Under the pieces are notes generated by a model. It did not search any database and had not been told where the DNA came from. It saw only the letters and a list, made by a program, of their open reading frames with translations. 32,000 bases of DNA from Candidatus Methanoperedens sp. (GTDB taxonomy: Archaea; Halobacteriota; Methanosarcinia; Methanosarcinales; Methanoperedenaceae): contig JBGQBI010000001.1 in assembly GCA_041494705.1 (NCBI GenBank), positions 270,001-302,000 on the forward strand, written 5' to 3'. Shown here one piece after another: positions 1 through 6,926 of this stretch; positions within the stretch are counted from its first letter, which is position 1; every line of letters starts with the position of its first letter. The position numbers and the translations under genes are program-made.

Positions 1-344
1 ATAAGATGCAGGGACGATTCATATTTTTTGACGTTTTCCAGCGCCTTCAAAAGCGTTTTATTCCTGAAGAAATCCCCTTCGCGAATCGATTTTGTTATCC
101 TCGTTAAATCCTGGTAAACAACCCTTCCTGCCCCAATATTTAGGTGCCCGACCTCAGAGTTTCCCATCTGGCCTTCGGGAAGTCCTACAGATTCGCCGGA
201 TGCGTCAAGAGTCGTATGCGGATATGTTGAAAAAAGCCTGTCGAGGTTCGGGGTTTTTGCGGATGCTATGGCGTTTCCATCTTTATTCTCACTAAGACCG
301 TAGCCGTCGAGTATCATTAGTAATAGAGGTCGCTTTTTAATCAT
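1..344 (-). CDS. gpmI: 2,3-bisphosphoglycerate-independent phosphoglycerate mutase, N-terminal part (gene runs off the window start)
   Basis: Absent from the ORF track because it is open at the window edge. My reverse-complement translation from the ATG at 342-344 gives [83 protein letters not shown]. This matches the iPGM N-terminal pattern (ILDGxG ... TPNLD ... [10 protein letters not shown] ... GAGR). Confidence 0.85.
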   Translation of the reverse strand, partial: MIKKRPLLLMILDGYGLSENKDGNAIASAKTPNLDRLFSTYPHTTLDASGESVGLPEGQMGNSEVGHLNIGAGRVVYQDLTRITKSIREGDFFRNKTLLKALENVKKYESSLHL

Positions 345-469
345 TTAGCTTGAATACTTTTCGTAAATGTATTTAGTTATCGGTTTAGCTAACTTTTTAC
401 TGAAATATTATTCATTTGACCGATGCGCTCTTAATCGTTATCTTTTTCATGATACAACTCTTTTAAGGA

Positions 470-964
470 GTGATGATTCACATCCTAGAGGGCACGATAT
501 TCATAGATAATACTGAAAAATTCCTTGGGAAAATCAAAAAAACGAGCAAAGATAAAAACATAGTGATACAGGCTTTTGATGCTGATAAACTGGCAGGCGA
601 GGAACACATAAGATTCGCAGTAAAAAAAGCGATGAACTCATTCAAAGCAGGCAAAAATATCGCAAACGACCTCGCCAAAGAAATAATGCTTTATGCGGCA
701 GGCACACGCCAGATAAACAGGGCAATGAAGCTTGGCGTGCACAACGGGGAAAATAATATTGCCCTCGTGGCAATCGGCGAGGTTATCGATTTATCCGCGT
801 TCAATGAGATAACTCCAAAGCCCGTGCTTCAATACAATAGCTCCAAAAACGATGCATTATTGGAAATTTTCAATATCACAAAAGAAGAACTCAAAGCCAG
901 AGGGGTGGATAAAATCCCTGAGCTTGTCATTGAAAGAGTTGCGCTTGTAGATGTGATGAAATAG
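470..964 (+). CDS. cgi121: KEOPS complex subunit Cgi121
   Basis: 164-aa ORF. IQAFDADKLAGEEHIRFAVKKA ... EIMLYAAGTRQINRAMKLGV ... NIALVAIGE follows the pattern I recall for archaeal Cgi121 (ADxVAxxxH ... EILxxASGxRQIxxAI ... G). The start is GTG 470 or ATG 473; an AAGGAG lies just upstream. Confidence 0.7.
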   Translation: MMIHILEGTIFIDNTEKFLGKIKKTSKDKNIVIQAFDADKLAGEEHIRFAVKKAMNSFKAGKNIANDLAKEIMLYAAGTRQINRAMKLGVHNGENNIALVAIGEVIDLSAFNEITPKPVLQYNSSKNDALLEIFNITKEELKARGVDKIPELVIERVALVDVMK

Positions 965-972
965 CTCGCTTT

Positions 973-1587
973 TCAGCGCCTGTTGAAAAGGACGCGAAGC
1001 AGCTTTCCGAAAACCGAAAATGGACCGGAAAACTTCTTTTTCGTTATTATGCCGGGCTCGTTTTTGTCTTCGTAAGTCTCGTAATGGACAATACTGGAAA
1101 GCGGAAGCCTCGGAGGAACAGATGCTTTACCGACTTCATATCCGAAGGCGATAAGAGCTATGATTTTTAACTCCGCGGGAATATGCAGTAATTCTTTCAG
1201 TTTTTCCTCCCGGAATGCGCCTATCCAGCATGAACCGATGCCAAGCGATGTCGCCACCAGTGTCAGGTTCGTGCCTGCTATTGCTGCATCAATAGTATAC
1301 GTTTGGCTTCCCGCCTTCGGGTCGGCGCATATGACCACAGCGGCGCTTGCTTCCCCGACATGGCGGGATTTAAACAATTTATAGTAGCAGAAATCCGATA
1401 TTGCAGCCAGTTTTTCCTTCTGCGTTACCACAACGAAGCGCCAGGGCTGGGCGTTCGCACCCGATGGAGCCCATCTGCCGACTTCGAGGATTTGTTCCAT
1501 AGCCTCCTTCGGTATCGTGGCGCCGTCAAACCGCCTGACGCTGCGCCGCCTTTTGATTATATCGAAGACAACATCACTATCTTTCAT
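973..1587 (-). CDS. nitroreductase family protein
   Basis: FDIIKRRRSVRRF ... APSGANAQPWRFVVV ... SCWIGAF is the typical FMN nitroreductase signature. I trimmed the start to the internal ATG (Met17, 1587) to avoid a 22-nt overlap with the upstream gene. The ORF-track start at 1635 remains possible. Confidence 0.8.
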   Translation of the reverse strand: MKDSDVVFDIIKRRRSVRRFDGATIPKEAMEQILEVGRWAPSGANAQPWRFVVVTQKEKLAAISDFCYYKLFKSRHVGEASAAVVICADPKAGSQTYTIDAAIAGTNLTLVATSLGIGSCWIGAFREEKLKELLHIPAELKIIALIAFGYEVGKASVPPRLPLSSIVHYETYEDKNEPGIITKKKFSGPFSVFGKLLRVLFNRR

Positions 1588-1613
1588 ATCCAGAATTCTC
1601 CCCTGTGAGCAAT

Positions 1614-2168
1614 TCAATAATTCTCTTTCAACCACTGTGCGAATTTGGTCAGCGCCGCATACCTGTGAGATAGCCTGTTTTTCTCGTCTTCTCCCATTTC
1701 CCCGAAAGTCGCGCCTCCGACCTCGAATATGGGGTCATAGCCGAAACCGCCGCTTCCCCGCATCTCATCTGCAATTTCACCCTCCACTTCCCCTGAAAAT
1801 AAAGATGGCTCCTCCCCGGGACGGCAGTATCCTATAACGCATTTAAAAACTGCCCCCCTGTTCGTTTCACCCTCCATGAGTTTCAGTATCCTTTCATTTC
1901 CGAGGGTGTCAAAAACATACGCGGAATAAGGACCCGGAAATCCTCCGAGCGCCGCTATGAAAAGCCCTGAATCATCCACCATGACCTCGTTGTCCAGTTT
2001 ATCGGCAGCCCATCGCGCGCCGAAGCTCGCTATGGGTTCAAGTTCGTCCTCCTGCAATTCGGGATACCCGCAATTATTTTGCTCAATTGTTATTCCGACA
2101 TGCGACAGGATGTCACCGGCTTCCCTGACTTTATGAGGATTGCCTGTTACGAAGATTATTTTTCTCAT
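1614..2168 (-). CDS. XTP/dITP diphosphatase (HAM1/RdgB non-canonical purine NTP pyrophosphatase)
   Basis: FVTGNPHKVREA ... DDSGLFIAALGGFPGPYSA ... GFGYDPIF ... EKNRLSHRYAA are HAM1 family motifs. The size (184 aa) is typical. Confidence 0.9.
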   Translation of the reverse strand: MRKIIFVTGNPHKVREAGDILSHVGITIEQNNCGYPELQEDELEPIASFGARWAADKLDNEVMVDDSGLFIAALGGFPGPYSAYVFDTLGNERILKLMEGETNRGAVFKCVIGYCRPGEEPSLFSGEVEGEIADEMRGSGGFGYDPIFEVGGATFGEMGEDEKNRLSHRYAALTKFAQWLKENY

Positions 2169-2353
2169 GATAGTTTTCTTGATTTTTTTCGCTCCAGTGT
2201 TCTTTTAATAAATTCCCGGTATTGCGGGCTATATTTCATCAATATCAATATTATCGGATACCTGAGGAACAAAATAAAAGAAACAATCCCTATTGTAAAA
2301 CCTGCAATGAGGATAACTTTAGGCACTAAAGGGAGGCTTCTGATATCGATCAT
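2165..2353 (-). CDS. small predicted membrane protein (62 aa), unknown function
   Basis: It has one or two hydrophobic segments (VILIAGFTIGIVSFILFLRYPIILIL) and a basic tail. Its TGA stop overlaps the ATG of the downstream HAM1 gene (ATGA at 2165-2168), and it begins 7 nt after the aspartate kinase stop. This packing suggests a translated ORF. Confidence 0.45.
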   Translation of the reverse strand: MIDIRSLPLVPKVILIAGFTIGIVSFILFLRYPIILILMKYSPQYREFIKRTLERKKSRKLS

Positions 2354-2359
2354 ATGATA

Positions 2360-3769
2360 TTACTTCTCGCGTTCAAGCCCGAATTCCTTGTGAAGCACCT
2401 GGACTGCTTTCCTGGCGCCGTCTTCACTTACCGCAAACGAGATATTATGCTGGGATGAACCCTGGCTTATCATTATCACATTGACGCCTGCTTTTCCCAG
2501 CGCCCCGAAGACCCTGCCGGCAACGCCGGGGGTATTTGCCATTCCTGCGCCAACGACCGCAACAACGGATATGTTCCTGTCATGGGTCACTTCTTTAATT
2601 ATGCCGTTCTTGAATTCCGCTTTTATCGATTTTACAGCCTTGTCAAGATGAGCCTCATCGACGACCAGGGAAATATTCGCTTCCGAAGAGCCCTGGCTTA
2701 TCATCACGATATTGACGCCGGCGTTTGCAAGAGTGGTGAACACACGCGCTGCTACGCCTATCGTGCCTACCATGCCTGCGCCTGAAATGTTAATGAGCGC
2801 AACTTTTGTAATCACCGTCACCGCCTTAACAATATCCCTGCTCTTTTTCTCATCCTTCACCACAAGAGTCCCCGGAAGCTCTGGATGGAATGTGTTCTTG
2901 ACGCGCACGGGTATCCCGTGTCTTATTGCAGGCTCGATTGCTCTCGGGTGAAGCACCTTGGCTCCGAAATACGATAGTTCCATGGCTTCGATGTAAGAAA
3001 TGACAGGGATGGGTCTGGCTTCAGGTACGATATTCGGGTCGGTTGTCAAAATCCCGTCCACCTCTTTCCACAGCCATATCTCATCGGCTTTTAAAGCAGC
3101 GCCGATAATCGATGCCGTGAAGTCCGAGCCGCCACGTCCGAGCGTTGTGATAATACCGGCTTCATTCTCAGCAATGAAACCGCAAACGACAGGAATTCCT
3201 TCATTCAAAAACGGTTCAAGCCGTTCCTTCACAAGGGAATATGTAACCTCAAGGGGCTTTGCATTGCCGTATTCCTCTGTGGTTATTATCCCGGCTTCGC
3301 CTCCTGTGAATGAATGGGAGCTTACTCCTATGGAGTTGAGCGAACCGCAAAGGATAGGCGCAGCCAGCCGTTCGCCGTATGATGAGATATAATCGATTGA
3401 CCTCGGTGTAAGTTCGCCAAGGTAGCAAATGCCGATGAGCGCTTTCTCAAGTTCTTCTATGCGCGAGTCAAGTTCCCGTATCACTTTCTCCAGAATATTC
3501 CCGGTATAAGGGGTCTTTATGGCTTCATGGGCTGCTTTGTGATGCTGTTTTGTGAGGTCTGCGATGAATTCTTTTATCAGGGAGGTTTTCCCGGACTCGG
3601 AAGCATCCCTGGCATTTTTCAGGAGCGCATCTGTGACCCCGCTCAGCGCCGAGGTCACAAGAATAATCTCGTTTCCTTCGTCGCGGTATTTCTTTGCAAG
3701 CTCTGCGACATGCTTCATACGGATGCCGTCGCCTATTGAAGTGCCTCCGAATTTCATCACGAGTCTCAT
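2360..3769 (-). CDS. aspartate kinase with two C-terminal ACT domains
   Basis: MKFGGTSIGD ... LVTSALSGVTD ... TLGRGGSDFTA ... WKEVDGILTTDP ... FGAKVLHP, followed by two ACT-like repeats (ISVVAVVGAGM / NVIMISQGSS). I trimmed the start to ATG 3769 (MRLVMKFGG) because the ORF-track extension to 3943 runs through the tRNA gene. Confidence 0.9.
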   Translation of the reverse strand: MRLVMKFGGTSIGDGIRMKHVAELAKKYRDEGNEIILVTSALSGVTDALLKNARDASESGKTSLIKEFIADLTKQHHKAAHEAIKTPYTGNILEKVIRELDSRIEELEKALIGICYLGELTPRSIDYISSYGERLAAPILCGSLNSIGVSSHSFTGGEAGIITTEEYGNAKPLEVTYSLVKERLEPFLNEGIPVVCGFIAENEAGIITTLGRGGSDFTASIIGAALKADEIWLWKEVDGILTTDPNIVPEARPIPVISYIEAMELSYFGAKVLHPRAIEPAIRHGIPVRVKNTFHPELPGTLVVKDEKKSRDIVKAVTVITKVALINISGAGMVGTIGVAARVFTTLANAGVNIVMISQGSSEANISLVVDEAHLDKAVKSIKAEFKNGIIKEVTHDRNISVVAVVGAGMANTPGVAGRVFGALGKAGVNVIMISQGSSQHNISFAVSEDGARKAVQVLHKEFGLEREK

Positions 3770-3900
3770 GGTGGCTTTTGAATCGTTGGGCGGTGTATTA
3801 AAGATTATGGAAATGATACGCGGAATTGGTAAAGTTGGCCTTATTATAAAAAAGAGCAAGAGACGGGGCGTTATGGTGCCCCTGACCACATCCGATAAAG

Positions 3901-3986
3901 CGCCGGGAATGGGATTCGAACCCATGTGGATCGGATGAACCATCGGTTCTTAAGACCGGCGCATTAGGCCGCTCTGCCATCCCGGC
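3901..3986 (-). tRNA. class II tRNA with anticodon UAA (Leu by anticodon) but a Ser-like G73 discriminator
   Basis: Hand-folded cloverleaf, 86 nt. Acceptor GCCGGGA/TCCCGGC. D-arm GCAG-AGCGGCCTA-ATGC. Anticodon stem CCGGT/ACCGA (C27-A43 mismatch) with loop CTTAAGA. 17-nt variable arm (GGTTC-ATCC-GATCC). T-arm ATGGG-TTCGAAT-CCCAT. Discriminator G. No encoded CCA. Confidence 0.85.
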
Positions 3987-4010
3987 ACACATTCAGGGAG
4001 GCCTTCAAGG

Positions 4011-4018
4011 GATATATG
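4011..4018 (-). promoter_or_regulatory. candidate TATA box for the tRNA gene
   Basis: The minus-strand sequence CACATATATC lies about 25-32 nt upstream of the tRNA 5' end (3986). That is the spacing expected for an archaeal TATA box. Confidence 0.3.
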
Positions 4019-4143
4019 TGCGAGCCAAGAGCGGACTGAAAGTAATCCCAGCTACAAATCCAGAGGGCTCTTCAAGGCTAATATGGTTTTTGATAGAAGG
4101 TTTTATGTAGTTCACTGTAAATTACTAACTTGGATGAACTATA

Positions 4144-4175
4144 GGTTTTAAGACCGGGTTCGGCTCTGCCGTCCC
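4144..4175 (-). pseudogene. degenerate copy of the 5' half of the adjacent tRNA (acceptor 5' strand to anticodon loop, D-loop deleted)
   Basis: Plus-strand ggttttaagaccgg + ggctctgccgtccc aligns colinearly with tRNA plus-strand ggttcttaagaccgg (14/15, 1 deletion) and cgctctgccatccc (12/14). It has the same orientation as the tRNA and keeps the TAA anticodon triplet. Confidence 0.5.
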
Positions 4176-4213
4176 AAAAAGGGATACATGGTTTTGGCTG
4201 TGTATCCCTTTTT
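4176..4213. repeat. perfect 13-bp inverted repeat (hairpin) with A5/T5 ends
   Basis: AAAAAGGGATACA (4176-4188), 12-nt loop, TGTATCCCTTTTT (4201-4213). It directly abuts the tRNA fragment. It looks like a bidirectional terminator but is not downstream of any gene in the window. Confidence 0.6.
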
Positions 4214-4304
4214 ATTTCATAAGGAATAATCGGAAATTACGTGCAGTTGAAATTATAGTGACTAAGCAGAAAGCTTTTTTAAACTCTATGCACTTATCGG
4301 TTCT

Positions 4305-5645
4305 ATGGATAAATCAAGATTTTTTGAATATTTGAAATATGGGGCTATTATTATAATTATAATATTTTCATTTATAGAATTAAAAGATTTTCTTTATCCA
4401 GATTCAAATCAATTTTCCAAATTTAAGGGAAATGCTGAATATATCGATTTTACCGGACAAAACTCGCATGTGCAATTTAAAGCAAAAGGAATCTATATTT
4501 ATACGAATGAGGTTATATTTTATTCTGTAAAAAATATCAGAATCGAAAGCAACAAAGGAGAAATGAAGTTAAATAATAGTGTTTCCTTAGATATTCAATA
4601 TAATGAAAATCAATCTCAACATCTATCCAATATAGATGCAGATATCTTCTTTGATAACTTGACAATGAATAAAGGTTTAGTGAATAATATTAATTTTAAT
4701 GGTAATCAGAGTTCTCTTAATTTTAATTCAAATGACAAGGAAGCTATAATTATACTAAGACCTTGGGTTAAAAATGTAGATATCGATGGCCAGAAATTCG
4801 CGGATTTTGACCGTATATCTTTTGAAATAGATAATACTAGTTCGGTTAAACAATTATTTTCAGAAAAATTAAAATTGGAAGCTTATGATATTTCAGATTT
4901 AAAAATTACAAGCCAATTGTCTAAAATAATTTTATACCAAGGGGAAGGAATATTCGGGTTAAATAATCACATTTTTGATGTTAAGAGTCCTGATGTCCTA
5001 GAGGTTGAAATATTTCCGGTGAATTCGCTTTTGACTGTTGAGGAGACAAAATTATCATTTACTGGATATGCGAAATCAGCTAAATTAAATGATAAAGATA
5101 TGATAATTGGAGACATTTCCTATTGGTTCGAAGTTCAACCAGAAAAAATCAATGCAATCGCCGTTGTTATTTCTGTATTTTTGACGGCGTTGGCTTCAAT
5201 TTCGACTTGGAGATTGGTTTCGATGGAAGCAGATAAAAAGAAGCATGAGAAACAAAGATTTTTAAATATATTATTAGCAGAATTTGAAACGAATAGTATA
5301 CTTTTAAAGGATTTAAAAAATTCGGCTGAGACTATAATTAAGGATCCATCTAAGGTGATTGAATTTGCATTTTTTGGCTTTAAAGAAGATGGTTTTAATA
5401 CCTTTAGGAATCAAGGTGGATTTGAATATATAAATATAACATTATATAATAAAATTGCAGATTATTATACTTCTTTGTATCGATTAGCTACAAAAAATAA
5501 ATTAAAATTAAGTATTGAAACAAATCAATTAGGTCAGGTTATTTATCATGCAACTAAGGGGACACTAATGAAAGATATTGAGAATATCGAAGAAAGCACT
5601 AATAGTCTAAAAAATGAATTGAAAAACGAGATGCAAAAAACATAG
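4305..5645 (+). CDS. orphan AT-rich membrane protein (TM - Asn-rich extracytoplasmic beta-rich region - TM - helical cytoplasmic tail), unknown function
   Basis: 446-aa ORF with hydrophobic segments at about aa 13-24 (GAIIIIIIFSFI) and aa 293-315 (INAIAVVISVFLTALASISTW). I recognise no motif. G+C is far below the flanks: hand counts give 11/60 at the gene start and 16/60 mid-gene, versus 28/60 at the start of the next gene. Confidence 0.65.
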   Translation: MDKSRFFEYLKYGAIIIIIIFSFIELKDFLYPDSNQFSKFKGNAEYIDFTGQNSHVQFKAKGIYIYTNEVIFYSVKNIRIESNKGEMKLNNSVSLDIQYNENQSQHLSNIDADIFFDNLTMNKGLVNNINFNGNQSSLNFNSNDKEAIIILRPWVKNVDIDGQKFADFDRISFEIDNTSSVKQLFSEKLKLEAYDISDLKITSQLSKIILYQGEGIFGLNNHIFDVKSPDVLEVEIFPVNSLLTVEETKLSFTGYAKSAKLNDKDMIIGDISYWFEVQPEKINAIAVVISVFLTALASISTWRLVSMEADKKKHEKQRFLNILLAEFETNSILLKDLKNSAETIIKDPSKVIEFAFFGFKEDGFNTFRNQGGFEYINITLYNKIADYYTSLYRLATKNKLKLSIETNQLGQVIYHATKGTLMKDIENIEESTNSLKNELKNEMQKT

Positions 5646-5957
5646 AGTGATGCCCCGTCTTTCAAGTGACTGCAAAGCGTTAATGGCAGTCTCTGGCGGG
5701 ATAGTTATTTCCCGGGAAATATAAAACAAAAAGGGATAATTAACCTTCACTTGTCCAAACTTATCCAAATAATCCTTATATCATCAGCGCAAATATGACC
5801 CCTCATGAAAACCTTTAAGAAATGTTTATCAAAAACTGTTGCGTCAGTTTACACCGCGCACACGTATGGCTTCGCCATACGTGGACACGCCCTCCCGTTC
5901 GCAAAGCGTGTCGAAGACAGGCGTGACTCGGGACGTCATAAAGGGGCATAACCCTTT

Positions 5958-6722
5958 ATGAAAGTCAGCTTCTCATCCCTTGCTCTTGTAAACAACCCCT
6001 TTGACTGGGCTTACGACCTCGAAGAACTTGGCTTCTCAGGCTGGGAAGTGGTGAGTGAAGGCAAGCAGCAGTTAAACGACGGGACGCTGTCGCAAATAAA
6101 GAACATCATCGAAACGACAAACCTCGTCCTCACGCTTCATCTGCCTTTCTCAGACCTCAATCTCGGAAGCCTCAATCACCCAATCTGGAATGAATCCATC
6201 AGGCAGATGACAAAATGCCTTGAGCGCGCATCGGATTTCGTGGAACTTGCGGTGGTTCATCCCGGTCATCTCTCGCCACTGGGGATGCAGCTCCCGGATA
6301 TGGCATGGCAGCAGAATATCGAAGGTTTGAGGGCGATATGTGATTTTGCTCTTGATTTCGGGATCAAAATCGGCGTTGAGAATATGCCCAACATGCAGCA
6401 TATTTTCGGGAAGCAGCCGGGTGAGATTCTGGGAATGATAGAATCCCTGGAACGTGAGAATGCGGGATTGGCGCTTGATATGGGTCATGCCAATACCAAC
6501 GGGCTTGTCTTTGAATTCCTTTCGGATTTGAGAAAAGTTGTGCATGTGCATCTTCATGATAACAAGGGGAGAAGCGATGAACACCTGGAACTTGGCAAGG
6601 GCAATATAAACTGGAAAGAGGTCATCCCGAAATTCAAGGGGTATAATGGTAGGTTTGTTGCCGAGGCAAGGACAGTCGAGGAAGGGCGGGCGAGTCTGGA
6701 ATATTTGAAGGGTATTAAATAG
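5958..6722 (+). CDS. sugar phosphate isomerase/epimerase (xylose isomerase-like TIM barrel, AP endonuclease family 2 fold)
   Basis: LHLPF ... VVHPG ... GVENM ... LDMGHAN ... VHLHDNKG..DEHLELGKGNINW is the metal-ligand pattern typical of this TIM-barrel family. Confidence 0.75.
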   Translation: MKVSFSSLALVNNPFDWAYDLEELGFSGWEVVSEGKQQLNDGTLSQIKNIIETTNLVLTLHLPFSDLNLGSLNHPIWNESIRQMTKCLERASDFVELAVVHPGHLSPLGMQLPDMAWQQNIEGLRAICDFALDFGIKIGVENMPNMQHIFGKQPGEILGMIESLERENAGLALDMGHANTNGLVFEFLSDLRKVVHVHLHDNKGRSDEHLELGKGNINWKEVIPKFKGYNGRFVAEARTVEEGRASLEYLKGIK

Positions 6723-6747
6723 TTAAAACCAAACAATTTAAGCTTAT

Positions 6748-6813
6748 CTTTGCGGCCTTTGCGCCTTTGCGGTGAATGAAATCAAACACCGCAAAGCACG
6801 CGAGGAACGCCAA
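6748..6813. repeat. 66-nt palindromic element (27-nt arm, 12-nt loop, 27-nt arm) built from 9-nt units; possible 3' stem-loop/terminator
   Basis: Left arm CTTTGCGGC CTTTGCGC CTTTGCGGTG (6748-6774). Loop aatgaaatcaaa (6775-6786). Right arm CACCGCAAAG CACGCGAGGAA CGCCAA (6787-6813). There is a perfect 10-bp stem next to the loop. The element starts 25 nt after the stop of the upstream gene. Confidence 0.6.
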
Positions 6814-6878
6814 GTGTTCATAAAATATATATTGAAAATTAGGTTCTTAAATTTAAACAAAACAAACCCTACCCAATC

Positions 6879-6888
6879 CTTATATAGA
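6879..6888 (+). promoter_or_regulatory. candidate TATA box upstream of the kaiC-like operon
   Basis: CTTATATAGA lies about 40 nt upstream of ATG 6927. A Shine-Dalgarno-like AGGAGGG sits at 6917-6923. Confidence 0.3.
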
Positions 6889-6926
6889 ATTTGACCTATT
6901 ATTTAATTAAGCGTGCAGGAGGGTAA

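Noticed and set aside
92-295. 67-aa ORF on the plus strand
   Set aside because: It lies entirely antisense to the clearly recognisable gpmI N-terminal coding sequence, and its sequence is low-complexity and Arg/Leu-rich. It is a shadow ORF.
3770-3992. N-terminal extension of the aspartate kinase ORF (to 3943) and a 64-aa ORF at 3798-3992
   Set aside because: Both run through the tRNA gene (3901-3986). The kinase has a canonical MKFGGTS start at 3769/3757. The extensions are artefacts of an open frame.
3993-4086. Similarity between the tRNA upstream region (gaggccttcaagggatatatg) and 4062-4084 (gagggctcttcaaggctaatatgg), as a possible duplicated promoter
   Set aside because: Only an 8-mer (CTTCAAGG) plus ATATG is shared, and the position is not colinear with the tRNA fragment. 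It is too weak to call without statistics.
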